Shown piece by piece: positions 1-13,047 of a stretch of 64,000 nucleotides of DNA. The notes beneath the pieces are model-generated. The model did not search any database. It saw nothing but the letters and a program-made list of their open reading frames with translations, and was not told where the DNA came from. Location of the stretch: NCBI GenBank assembly GCA_020137815.1, contig CM035359.1:6882001-6946000 (forward strand), given 5' to 3'. Positions within the stretch are counted from its first letter, which is position 1; every line of letters begins with the position of its first letter. The DNA is from Hormiphora californensis. Its lineage: Eukaryota > Animalia > Ctenophora. A program made the translations under genes and the position numbers.

Positions 1-327
1 TGTCTAGTGTCTAGCTAGGCAAAGATCCATATGGCAGCCAACCATCGATGCCAGCGGAAGATTTTCCCACGGTCCCCGCCAACTGCGCGCAATAATCCGA
101 ACTTTGATTACATTTTTAGTTCCGCGCGTCACAGATTCGATTCTGCATGATCAAGGATCGCAGCGATCATAGCACTGGCAAGTGCCCCGGGCCCAAAAGG
201 GGGGTGTGGGGGCACAGCCCCCACCACAAACGGGGGTGTGGGGGCAGAGCCCCCACCTTAGAAATACCCTCTAACTCAAAAAACAAAAGAGAGAGCACAC
301 GCAACACTTCTATGTACACACAAGCGC

Positions 328-712
328 GTGAAACTGCGGTAGGCGGTAAATGTTAACCAGATCTGTGAGAATTTCGCACGTTTTTGCCCATAACTCAGCC
401 ATTTCTTGACCAATTTGCAAGATCTTTGGCTCATTGGAAAGAGGACATTGAGATCTCTCAAATGAGCTCAAGAAAATGAAAATTGGCGCAAATTGCGCGG
501 CGTGGTGGCGAAAACGCGCATTTTGCGCCATGACGCCGCGCATTTTGCGCCGATTTTATTTTTATTGGGCTCATTTGAAAGAGCTCAATGTCCTCTTTCC
601 AACGCGCCCAAGATTTTGCAAATTGGTCAAGAAATGACTGAGTTATGGACAAAAACGTGGTTTTGCACGTACGTTTTTTCTCAGATCTGGTTAACATCTA
701 CCGCAGTTTCAC
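328..712. mobile_element. Imperfect ~385-bp palindrome (foldback MITE-like)
   Basis: gtgaaactgcggtag..tgttaaccagatctg at 328-365 mirrors cagatctggttaacatctaccgcagtttcac at 682-712. The arms pair inward to a centre near 515. Confidence 0.7.
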
Positions 713-1169
713 TGCCAGTGCTACTATATACCATTGCAGATTTCGAGGTTTTTGATGCTTTAAAAAAGCATGTTCCAGATGAAGTAGAAAGCTGAAATTT
801 TGTACTCTGAGTGCCCTCATATAGGAGAAGAGGCATGCAAATTTTCAGAACGATCGGATGTAAGGTAAATATTTGCCAGAGGGGTCCCAAAATGCAAAAA
901 TGTAAAGGAGGGGAGGGGGAGGGGGAGGGGGAGGACGCTTTTTTATCTTTGAGTGTTCTCCTAAACCACAAATAGTAGAGACTTGCCGTTTGGAACAGTG
1001 GTTCCTTACATCATTGCGCTCGGTAATAGCTGTGTGAGAACTTCGAAATCGCCATAGTTCATTAATTATTCATTAATTAGTCATTAAATATTCATTTTAA
1101 CCATGGTTGCGATATGACACGACTCGAAAGTCATAAAGACTTGAAACCGGTCTTAGTCGACGCGGAATG

Positions 1170-1565
1170 GTCGATTTATGGGGGGTTTTACTCGGGACAA
1201 AAATCTCTATCTCGCACCGTTAAGCCGTTATTTGCATATTTATGCACCTATTCACGATTTTATGCATATTTTCAATATTTTCACTTCAGCTGGTCCTAGA
1301 ACGTTTTCATGGACATATTTCGACGTAAAATAGTCGATTTATGGGGGGTCGTCCCCTGGACAAAAAGTCGTATCTCGCACCGTTTAGCTGTTATTTGCAT
1401 ATTTATGCACCGATTCATGATTTTATGCATATTTTAAATATTTTCACTTCAGCTGGTCCTAGAACGTTTTCATGGACATATTTCGACGCAAAATAGTCGA
1501 TTTATGGGGGGTCGTCCCTCTGACAAAAAGTCGTATCTCTCACCGTTTAGTCGTTATTCGTATAT
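1170..1565. repeat. ~163-bp tandem repeat, ~2.4 copies
   Basis: gtcgatttatggggg..caaaa..tctcgcaccgtt..ttatttgcatatttatgcacc recurs at ~1170, ~1333 and ~1496. Confidence 0.8.
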
Positions 1566-1645
1566 TTATGAATTATTCAAATTCGAAAATATGGAGAAAT
1601 CAGAAAAAATAACTTTTTCTATTTTACACCAAAAAGAACAGAAAT

Positions 1646-2061
1646 TAAGTCCAAAAACCAATTAAATAAATTAGTTTGGATGCCCGGGCCCATGTGGTGT
1701 CACGGGGGTAACACCTTTAGGCTACTGTCATAAATGATGGATATCGGGAGAGATAAAGGCAAAGGAAATTAGGATAGAAAGAGTGCGATATAATCAAGAA
1801 AGACGAAGAGATAAATAAGAGGAGAGAGAAAAAAGAGAGATATAGTGAAAGAAACAGTAAGAGAGAAAGAGAGAGAGAAATAGTGTGTGAGAGAGAGTGA
1901 GAGACTGAGAGAGATAGATATAGATAGACAGATTGAAGAATAACAATTAACAATTAACGAGATATGCCGTTAATTATGGCAGTAGCCTAAAGGTGTTACC
2001 CCCGTGACACCACATGGGCCCGGGCATCCAAACTAATTTATTTAATTGGTTTTTGGACTTA
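1646..2061. mobile_element. MITE-like element with ~88-bp terminal inverted repeats
   Basis: taagtccaaaaacc...gctactgtcataa (1646-1733) is the near-perfect reverse complement of ttatggcagtagcc...ggtttttggactta (1974-2061). The interior is GA-rich and the ends are TA. Confidence 0.8.
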
Positions 2062-2545
2062 TCCAAATATATATGTATGAACCTGTCGAATCCCGAGAGT
2101 CCCGAGACGGCAAAGGCTACTATGTATTAGGGGTCCGACTATCACGGGATTTGTTATGAAATTTGAAACTTGCCTTGCTCGACCCTCTTTTCGTGCTTTT
2201 ATTTCCCGTGTGAATGAGAGTTAGAACAAATTGAAACTACACTGCCAATTTTTGTTTGCAACGGAAAGGGGGGCTCTCGCTATCCCTCTTGTAATATTTG
2301 ATACTTTGAGTGAGAAGTGCATAAAAACTAGTATGAGAGAAAAGTGTGTGTGTGTGTATTTTGACCTGATGGACTTAAACCTGTATCCGGCTACCTGTTC
2401 AAGCACTGCAAATGGATGGAAACACCTACTCAGCAATCAACCCTCGCAGCAAAACAGATAAACCTGTCGTTTTTATTGTCAGTTACTGTCCCTGTGATTG
2501 TTCTAGATTATATTATAGGTATGTCGCGAGTTAGTAAGCTATTCT

Positions 2546-2772
2546 CAGTCAGTCAGTCAGTCAGTCAGTCAGTCAGTCAGTCAGTCAGTCAGTCAGTCAG
2601 TCAGTCAGTCAGTCAGTCAGTCAGTCAGTCAGTCAGTCAGTCAGTCAGTCAGTCAGTCAGTCAGTCAGTCAGTCAGTCAGTCAGTCAGTCAGTCAGTCAG
2701 TCAGTCAGTCAGGCAGTCAGTCAGTCAGTCAGTCTATCACTCAGTCAATCACTCAGTCAATCACTCAGTCAC
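2546..2772. repeat. (CAGT)n microsatellite
   Basis: More than 40 contiguous cagt units, degenerating at the 3' end. Confidence 0.97.
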
Positions 2773-3730
2773 GCAGTGTATTATGAATATGATCTCTTCA
2801 TTTCTATTTCTTCTGTATAGTGTCATTAGGCACTTAGATTTTCATCCCCATAGTACTCATTCCTAGTTAGCTTCCCCGTTTCACCCCGGCTACATCGTTC
2901 TTTTTATCAGTTTCTGGGAGGTGTGTGCTTCTATATGCTTCCCCTCGCCACGGCCACTATTATTATTGTTTTTATTTCTAGGCTGGACCTCTCCTCAGTT
3001 CCCTCTGCCTCAGTCCCTACTTTCATAGCAGGCGCCAGGCATGTTTCGTACCTTCCGCTTCAATCATGGATCGGGTCATTGGTTGCTTATTCCTCATCTC
3101 TCCTTCCCGCCATTATTCCTTTCCGGTGTTCGCCCCCTAGGTGCCTGCTAGACTGCAAGATTGGCACGTGACCTTCGGTGTTTAATTTATAGAGAGAGTT
3201 TTGTTTATAAACATTTATGGGTCAGTGTGGGAAAGGGAGGTGCCTTTTTCATAGAGTAGGTAGTCGAGGGGTCTCGTTATAGATAGGATTGCATATTACA
3301 GTTATCACTGACCCGCTTACAATACTTTTTCAGGCAATCATATTCTATCATTATGATAGTATCATATTTCAGGTGTCTACCACATCTCAGTAATACCTTT
3401 CTGTACATACGCAGGGCACAACTCCCGAGTGGAGAACCATTCATTGCACCCCCACCCCCATTCTCATTTTTAGGTACGACAGCAGAAAATCACAAATCAT
3501 GATTCAACTTTCAGGACACCCTTATTCTAATCCCCCGGTTCTCTGGCTCTTCCTTGCTCTTAGGTCTCTGCTCTCTACTCTATCTCTCCCTTTCTCTCTT
3601 TTAGAATTTCGGGTATGCCTCTTCTCACGCAGTTTCCCCGTGGCAGTCTTCTATAGTCGTTGTTTTGGTTTTCTTTATTTGCATTTTTCCCTTTTCTTCT
3701 TATTCTTTAGGTCTGTTCTCTCTCTCCCTC

Positions 3731-3824
<94 letters not shown>

Positions 3825-4357
3825 TATAGTCTCTTTCTCTCTCTCCCTCCATCTCCCTCGCGCTCTCTCTCTCTCTCACTCTCCCTCTCTTTATCTCTGC
3901 GTTTTCAAAATTCTTTTTCTTCACCTCATCTTATCACTGGGGAAGGTGGACCGTGTCACAATACAGATATATTATTGTGGCACTGACCATCTACAAAAAG
4001 TCGGCCATACCATGCAAGCCAATTCAGCCAGCACTTACCGCAGCTATCTGCGTTCAGCACCAACCATGCACCCACGTCACCTACCCGGCTTATTCTTCTT
4101 TATGGCCACTCTCTCCCCTGGAGAGAGGATTACTTACTCCAACTGCGTTGCTTCTACTAGTGGTCTTAGGGGATTTAGGCCGGTATTGGTTCTGGTTGAG
4201 GGAAGGTTTGAGGTGTGGGTCGGCTGAGTTGTAGTATAGCTACTCGCAGTGGAGTCGCCTCACGGCACAGTTATCCTCTCTCCCTGACTCCTTCTTACTC
4301 TTTGCACTTTACATCTCAATCTTTCCCACCCTATCTCTCGCTCTCACTCTCTCGCTC

Positions 4358-4440
<83 letters not shown>

Positions 4441-5429
4441 ATTGACAGTCCGTCAATGGGAGCCAGCCGGGATTTTGTCCTTTAAATATGCATTTCATGT
4501 GTATTTATAAACTCTATCTTTCTTATCATCCTCCTATCGCTCTATCTCTCTCTGTCTATCTCTCTCTATCTCTCCCTCTCAGCTCTCTCTCACTTTATAT
4601 CTTTACCCTTGAGCTTAACCATTTTTCACGAACACTATCAAATCGCACGATCAGCACACGGCTATCACTCCCGTCTCACACACGAACATATACATGCTTG
4701 CTCACGAACATTTGACCCCGCTTCCACACCCTGCTTTTCAACTAGTCTCTAGGGTGTCGTCACATGCTACGTCAAGAAGTCCAGTTGACTACATACTGCA
4801 AGCTTTACTGTCAGTGATTGGGCAACAGAATTGCATAGAGCACCCGAGATTGGGTGTTCGCAGTATACGGTTAATACCGGTTTCAACTGGATGACTGCAG
4901 AGATGATATCCGTCAAACTCCACCTCACATGTATGTTGTATAGACGCTGTCAGACTTAGCCCGCCTGACCTGCCTTCGTGATTGAAGCAAATAGGGTCAG
5001 GCAATTGCCTGACAGGGTTCACATGATGAGGTAGGGGGGTGACAGATATAGGAACGATGAAGACGCAAAAAAAAAAAAAAAAAAACAAATTGAAACAGCA
5101 TGATTTAAAAAACAGAAAGAAGCTCTAAACATCAGCTCTATTATATAATTTGAAAGTCTCTCACGCACACACGTAGCACATCTGAATCAAACTAATAGTA
5201 AAACATAAAGGAATAAACTGTACATGTATGTTCATCTGATAGTCTTAACACTTTTTCACACTCTTGAAACTCATTTCACAGCTGACAGTCTCTTTTATTC
5301 CTGTCCATACCAGAGTAAACAACAATAATAACTTCATGCAGATGATTAAAGATTACAAAAGTCCTGCTTTTAAACAGAATCAAGATAACAAAAGGTGCAC
5401 TGAAAATGTTTATGAAGGAGTATTTGAGT

Positions 5430-6985
5430 TTATGAAGGAGTAGCCGGTTTTGCTTCTGCCGCAGGGGGAGGGGTAGCCGGTTTTGCTTCGGCCGCTGGGG
5501 GAGGGGTAGCCGGTTTTGCCTCGGTCGCTGGGGGAGGGGTAGCCGGTTTTGCTTCTGCCGCTGGTGGAGGAGTAGCCGGTTTTGCTTCTGCCGCCGGGGG
5601 AGGGGTAGCCGGCATTGCTTCGGCCGCTGGGGGAGGGGTAGCCGGTTTTGCTTCTGCCGCTGGGGGAGGGGTAGCCGGTTTTGCCTCGGCCGCTGGGGGA
5701 GGGGTAGCCGGTTTTGCTTCTGCCGCTGGGGGAGGGGTAGCCGGTTTTGCCTCGGCCGCTGGAGGAGGAGTAGCCGGTTTTGCTTCTGCTGCTGGGGGAG
5801 GAGTAGCCGGTTTTGCTTCCGCCGCTGGAGGAGGGGTAGCCGGTTTTGCTTCTGCCGCTGGGGGAGGGGTAGCCGGTTTTGCTTCGGCCGCTGCAGGAGG
5901 AGTAGCCGGTTTTGCTTCGGTGGCTGGGGGAGGGGTAGCCGGTTTTGCCTCGGCCGCTGGGGGAGGGGTAGCCGGTTTTGCTTCGGCCGCTGCAGGAGGA
6001 GTAGCCGGTTTTGCTTCGGTGGCTGGGGGAGGGGTAGCCGGTTTTGCCTCGGCCGCTGCAGGAGGAGTAGCCGGTTTTGCTTCGGCCGCTGGGGGAGGGG
6101 TAGCCGGTTTTGCTTCAGCCGCGGGAGGAGGAGTAGACGGTTTTGCTTCTGTCACTGGCGGAGGGGTAGCCGGTTTTGCCTCGGCCACTGGGGGAGGGGT
6201 AGCCGGTTTTGCCTCGGCCACTGGTGGAGGTGTTGCCGGTTTTGCCTCTGCCGCTGGGGGAGGGGTAGCCGGTTTTGCCTCTGCCGCTGGGGGAGGGGTA
6301 GCCGGTTTTGCTTCTGCCGCGGGAGGTGTTGCCGGTTTTGTCTCGGCCGCTGGGGGAGGGGTAGCCGGTTTTGCCTCGGCCGCTGCAGGAGGGGTAGCCG
6401 GTTTTGCTTCGGCCGCTGGGGGAGGGGTCGCTGGTTTAGCTTCGGCCGCCGGGGGAGGGGTAGCCGGTTTTGCCTCGGCCGCTGGGGGAGGTGTTGCCGG
6501 TTTTGCTTCGGCCGCTGGGGGAGGGGTCGCTGGTTTAGCTTCGGCCGCTGGGGGAGGGGTAGCCGGTTTTGCTTCGGCCGCTGGGGGAGGGGTAGCCGGT
6601 TTTGCTTCTGCCGCTGGAGGAGGGGTAGCCGGTTTTGCTTCGGCCGCTGGGGGAGGGGTCGCCGGTTTGGCTTCCGCTGCTGGGGGAGGGGTATCCGGTT
6701 TCTCCACTACTTCCGGAGTAGATTCACCTGTAAAAGAGAAGATGTCAGGACTTTGATGACGCCTGAGTGGTGCAGAGTAGAACAACTCTGTTTCAATATT
6801 GAAATGGTAGCAGTACCCATCCTCATTCGTCCTACAAGATTCATAAAATTCAACATTTACACAGCTCTTTCTTTCTTTCTTTCCCCCTATAATACACACC
6901 ACACCTTACCTAACTCTTTCCTCGCCTTGTATCCCCTGTACCGGGCCTGGATACTGATCGCTGCCTTCTCCTCGTCAACCTCGAC
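5430..6985 (-). CDS. SPA17: Sp17/SPA17-like gene, 3' exons: IQ-motif exon (6985-6910) and terminal Pro/Ala repeat exon (6727-5430)
   Basis: Exon 6985-6910 (cag|...|gtaagg) encodes VEVDEEKAAISIQARYRGYKARKEL, a canonical IQxxxRGxxxRK motif. It splices in phase 1 to ttctcttttacag|GT GAA TCT at 6727, followed by ~38 x KPATPPPAAEA and TAA at 5432-5430. Synonymous-site variation among the repeats indicates coding sequence. Confidence 0.88.
5437..6700 (-). repeat. Coding 33-bp minisatellite (11-aa unit KPATPPPAAEA, ~38 copies)
   Basis: Plus-strand unit gggggaggggtagccggttttgcttcggccgct. Confidence 0.95.
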
Positions 6986-8323
6986 CTGCAGAAATTAGTG
7001 GTTAACATTGGAAGCGGGAGTTGGTATCGAAGACACCTCACACTCTGCTCAGGTCGCCGGGCGACCTTTGCGTGCGCTGGCAAGGGGTAACTTCGTAACC
7101 AAGGTTGGGAGAAGACACCCTGTTATAGGTTTTGAAAAAGTTATATTCTTTTCTCCCCTACTCATTCTCACACACCCCCTTCGTCCCCCACCCCTCTGTG
7201 TAATAACATATTAGAATGCGTACTAGGGGAGCATGAATGGTATTAGTACTTCTCGCTACATAGTATTACAACAATAAACACTCCGATAAACTTATTAATC
7301 AACCTATCTTGAATAAAGTGTTCAGATTGATTGCACTTGTATCATGCCAATGCTCTGACCGCCGTTCTCGTGAAATGAGAATAGGGTCAGGCTATATTAT
7401 GATCTGACAGGTTTTACTAGATTTTCAAGTGTATGAAACCCAACTAATGTGTGATAACCCAACTAATGTTTGATAAATAAACATAGTGCGATACATATTA
7501 GTTCAGTGAGATATGAGGTGTTTTAGATGATACAAACTATGCCAATACTGCACAGGTCTGGTATAACAGGTCATTGTTGGGCAGTACTGAACTACCATAG
7601 ACGTGATGTAATTATTGCACCTACTTAAGTTATAACCTTACTATATCTACCCTGTGTATGTATGTCTGTATATTCTGATCCAGCTACCTTTAATATAGTT
7701 ATAAAAGTTAACAATTTCAGTCATCTCGTTTTCAGTTTTTTTTGTCATTTTACTTTTTGCAAAATCAAATTGTTGTTTCATCTGCAGTTGCATATTATTT
7801 GCCTTGTTCGACCCTCCCACCCATATCATGTATGTTATAATAAAGAATAATTTGGTTGCGGAAAGAGAAAAGATAGAAAGTATGAAGATGCCCTAAAGTA
7901 TATGCAGTAAAAGTAGGGAATTCATGCTTCGCTTCAGTATCAAACAAAATGTTGTAACGTACTAATTTTTTACACGAAATACGACCTATACTTATTATAC
8001 GGAAAAGTTGCCCTATTATTTGAGGTACATTTGTTCCCTCAGTAGTGTTCTAGGAGACCCTTGGGGACACGTTAGTGAAGGAATTAGCTTGTTTCCAAAT
8101 TTTTTCCAGTCTCACGGCTCAATTACCTAACTACCCTAGTTCCCACAATATATATCTCCCAGTCTCTGACACAATTATCACTTAGTATTATAGATTCGCA
8201 ATTCCCAACCTCTTTTTGAAGACAAATTGAACAATTCTATCTGTCTATACCGCGTCATAAGATAAACTAACAATAATGGACTAGTATAATAACATCATTT
8301 ATATTGACTTCTCTGTGTTTAGC

Positions 8324-8442
8324 ATGACATCGTCATCCACAAAGAAATACAGCATCCTGACCAAGGGAAGGAGATATGGTGTTGTAGATTCTGAAGATGA
8401 AGGGATAAAAAGAGGAGGCGCAAATCCAGTGTTTGGGGAGCG
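8324..8442 (+). CDS. Probable first coding exon of a plus-strand gene nested in the Sp17 intron (unknown product)
   Basis: ctctgtgtttag|c ATG...GAG CG|gtaagt, encoding MTSSSTKKYSILTKGRRYGVVDSEDEGIKRGGANPVFGER. Both splice sites are strong. Confidence 0.5.
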
Positions 8443-9173
8443 GTAAGTGTTTCCTGTGTTTTATATTTCACATGGTGTAGCATTGTTTTCGGAGTGCGGA
8501 TATTGATTGATGATTCCCAGATAACTCGTGCAACTGGGCATCAATCTGGATATTTAATAATTAACATATTATCTTAATTAGTAGTAATCTCCTGAACTTC
8601 AGTAATAACCTAGTACAGTAGAACTGGATTGAAATTAGTTCATGTTTTTGTTTATCACTTGGACTTGTGTTTTTAGTCTGAATTGATTAATGATAGTGAG
8701 CTTGATTTATATAAATAAATATACAAATACATGCAACATACCTCCCATGAAATGGTCTAGACAAAATGGGGGCGTATAGCAGAATACGTGTCATACAACA
8801 TGTTCCGGACCTATGTCGACTTAAAAAGTGTTTTTCCGCTACATGGCCGCATGTACATTATGTGTACTTATTATTATTTGGTTGTCTGTCTGAGTATTTC
8901 ATATCAGCTTGTACATTGCTTTAATTTTTTCTCACGGTGTAACCCTTTGAAGGCGATAGAGCAATATACACCAAAACCAACCTATTTTGTCAGACACTGA
9001 CTGTACACTGCCCAACCTCGCGGCCTCGCGTAGTCACACCGAGGACGGTCTTATATGAGACAAAACATATTGTATTCATACGATCATAACATATCATATT
9101 CATAGCATATTATATTCATATTATATTCATAAAAATTTAATCGTAGTTTTAGTGGTTTTTGGTCACATACATA

Positions 9174-10038
9174 CAGTCGGACCCCGATTTAGTGGCATCC
9201 TCGGGGGAAAAAAATCCTGCCACTAAATCGGGGTGCCACTATATCGGGGTGAGCCATATTTGGCCCATAAAAACCTGTTTTATGCCCAAAATGCTATACT
9301 AATTAGACTAAAGAAACCTCTAACTGCTCTATGCAATATCCATGTATTTCTGATTAGAAATAGAAAACTATAAAATAACTTTTTCAAAAAAATTGTGAAA
9401 AATTTTCTAAGTTTTACCAACCCGTCCGATTCGTGTCTCGAATCGGTGCAGCCTCCTGGATGTCAATATGTCATGTCTAATTAGCGGGTTCGAAACAAAC
9501 CGATACGTGATACCATGCCGAATCGGGGCACCCTAAGCGGGTGAGGAAGTATCAAAATATCAACATAACTTTTTCTCTCAAAATTTATGGAGAGCACCGA
9601 TCAAAACATTGACAATCGTATTGTAAAATTTTGCAAAAAAGTTTTAAATTTTTTTAAAGGCATACCAGCCACGTCCGAATCGTGTTTCGAATCAGTGCAT
9701 CTTATCGCATGTCCTGCTGCTAATTAGACGGTTCGGAACGAATCGAAACGTGATCCCCATCGAATCGAAATTTTGACGCTTGGTGAACTTATGATTCAAT
9801 GGCCCCATGGGGATCACCTATCGGTTCGTTCCGAACCGTCTAATTAGCAGCAGGACATGCGATAAGATTCACTGATTCGAAACACGATTTGGACGTGGCT
9901 GATATTCCTTTGAAATATTTTCAAAAAAATTTCACAAAAAATTTCACAAAAAAATTCAAAAAATTTTTGGGGGAAAAAAATCCTGCCACTAAATCGGGGT
10001 GCCACTAAATCGGGGGCCACTAAATCGGGGTCCGACTG
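9174..10038. mobile_element. TA-flanked MITE, family A (Tc1/mariner/pogo-type)
   Basis: TA|cagtcggaccccgattta ... taaatcggggtccgactg|TA, with subterminal taaatcgggg repeats and internal inverted repeats. Same family as 20261-21110 and 47439-47621. Confidence 0.9.
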
Positions 10039-10962
10039 TATTTGAATCTTGAATTTTGCATAACGCTAGAAGTATTATGACAAATGTGTACATACTATTT
10101 CAAGTAGATAACATGTTCTGTGTAGTAATTTGCAAAACTTGATTCATATTATGTAGAAGTTATTCCAATATATGCACTTTGTGGTTTAGCTGTAGCTACT
10201 TAGATTACTCAATAGAGTAGGTCATTGATTAAGTAATGTATATAATTAATCGTGAACTAATATTCGGGACACGTTTGGTCGTTTGAAGATGAAGACATAA
10301 ATTGTTGCTATTCCCTATATCAACCACAGTGAAATTATTTAGTCCCTCTCCTTGGACTTGATTTGGAAGAAATCTTCCAAAATTGGCGACTTCAGTTATA
10401 TAATGAGCTTTATATCGCTATTACATGTGCTTGATTGCAGCTTGCTTGACCCTGCTTCATAGAACATAACACATGTGCTTAGCACGTGCACCCCAGTACC
10501 GCTACCTAGTAGGAACTGAGACCCTGCAGATCTCACGTGTTTAATTATTATACCCTCGTTACCATGATAATAAGGGGATGGGGCCGGGGGGCTGCTACCA
10601 CACATATTGTTTCTGCTAATATGTCTCTTTTGCATTTCATCATATTATATGCAACACAAGATCATAGCTTAACTAATCAGTTTAGCATAATGCTCAGTTT
10701 AGCTTGTGGCTGAGTTATTCCTTTAATCCGTCAATTTTATCGCAAACCATTATAATGCTCAATTATTCCTCAATGAATGCTCTTTAAAAATGGTGCGGTT
10801 TGAGAACAGTGTGCAATTAATTCGTCATAGACCAATGTGTGAGATATATCCTCTCACCTACGGAGGTCTGACGGTTAATTAGAGCTTGAATCCATCTTTC
10901 TCCCCTCCCCCTTTCTTCTCTCTCCCCACCCTCCCTCTTCTCTCTCTCTCTTCTCTCATCGA

Positions 10963-11017
<55 letters not shown>

Positions 11018-12733
11018 CTCCTCTCTCTCTATTCTCTCTTCATCTCCTCTCTCTCTCCTCCCTCTCTCTCTCTATCGCTCTCTCTGCTCTCTCTCTCCTC
11101 TCTCTCTCTCTTTATCTCTCTCTCTCTCTCTCCTTACTCTCTCTCTCTCTCTCCATCTCTCTCTTCGCTCTCTCTCTCTCTCGTCTCTCATCTCATCCTT
11201 CTCTCTCTCTCCCCGCCCCATTACGAAAGCAACTGCTCCTTAGTTAATGCACAATGAACAATTAATAATTTATAAGGTTGATGTCAATACGTGGGGGATT
11301 CTACGATGTGCAGTTCATTGTGCCGCCCTAGCTAGTTATCGAGAGGTGTCTATCTATCTTTTTTTTTTCTCTCTCTCTCAGTTCTCAGCTCTACAAGATG
11401 TCGCCCTCTCCTCTTTATTTCTTCCACGTCAGGATACCTAAAAGCCGCTGCATCGCCAGATAAATGATCTGCCGTGTTTTTGGTCCTTGTAGCATTCTAA
11501 ATCTAAGCACAAAAAACCTAGTAAAGACCATTTCGTGTTCAGTCCTCCCTCTCTCATTTGCATGGAAATGAAGGCATGTGCGTGTAGGGGGGGGGCTAAG
11601 AATAGTTGAACGGAGGATAATGAGGGGTCTAGAGGTATATACTTGCTAAACTTGCAGTAGTCCTCAAATGCCTTATCTTTAACCAACTTGGTAGCGTATT
11701 TTTTCAAAGTTCTAGCTTTTTGATCATCCCAAGTTTCAAATATTAAACATAATTAGTGCAGTACTAGCTCCAGTATACTTCAAACAATGTTCCGACATTG
11801 TCCGAGTTGCTCAGGGCCAAAACCCACTGGTGGCCATAGCTCAGGGCCAAAACCCACTAGTGGCTATGGCTCAGGTTTTGGACCCTAGGAAAGCCTGAAC
11901 TTATATCATGTGTCTTTTCTTGGATAGTACATTAATACTATGGGAATATATATGGGAATCCGGAATATATAGAGAGCTGAACTGAGTGTGAAAGATAATT
12001 GAGAGACAGGTAGTGACGAATAGGGATAAGGAAATCCATCTTTTGTTCCACATTGGGTGGTACGTCATGTAATAGTGTGTACTACAATACATGTCGACAT
12101 GAACCTACTGTTTCGACAGAGTAATTTCTTGTTGATACAATATCAAAAGAGAATGAAAGCAAGAGAGAGAGAAAGAGAGAGAAAGAGAGAGAAAATATAG
12201 TATCGCTGGTAGTTGAGCTAGGAAATCTTGTTATTAGGGATGAAAACCTGGCATTCAGTATGTCATGTACACACTGTATGTGGTGTATCAATGACACATA
12301 AATAGTGTAACCAGGAAAAAATGCCCAATTCTCTTGTCAATTTGGATTTGCTGGCTTTTCATTCGACACTGACTGATCGACTTAGATTGAGTCTTCCTCG
12401 TGATTATTGCGGTGGATGTTGTATGTTGTTTTTCAGCCAACGAGATCAAGGAGATATATATATTGATAGGTTGTTTGCATAATCATCTTCTCTGTCTTGC
12501 TCTAGTGCCATCCTGTTCTACACTCTATATCTCTACTCCATATCTTTACTGCTCTAGATCTATCCTCTCTCTCTCGCTCTCTCTCTCTCATCTCTCTCTC
12601 TCTCTCTCACTACTCTCTCTCTCTCTCTCTCTCTCTGTCATCTCTCTATCTCTCTCTGTGCTCTCCTCTCTCTCCTCTACTCTGCTCCTCTCTCTCTCTC
12701 TTCTCCGTCGGTACTCTCGTCTCTCTATCTCTT

Positions 12734-12773
<40 letters not shown>

Positions 12774-12941
12774 CTCTATCTCTTTACTTCTCTCTCGGTA
12801 GGTGTTTGGCGTTCTCAATATTGTAAACTCAGAGTCGTATACTAGTCGAGGAAATATATAGCTTAGTGCGGCGGGTCCAATCTCTCTGCACTAAGTTAGA
12901 GTGACCGAGGAGAGACTGGAAAGAGAGACGAAGAAGGGAGA

Positions 12942-13047
<106 letters not shown>

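Noticed and set aside
3499-4445. ORFs rich in SLSLSL or RERERE, here and at ~10.9, 12.5, 17.2, 19.7, 23.1, 28.4, 31.6, 46.2, 53.8 and 57.4 kb
   Set aside because: They are translations of (CT)n/(GA)n microsatellites, not genes.
5920-6756. 278-aa plus-strand Gly/Ala-rich ORF (AGGGVAGFASA)n
   Set aside because: It is the antisense shadow of the Sp17 repeat exon. The splice sites and IQ exon support the minus strand.
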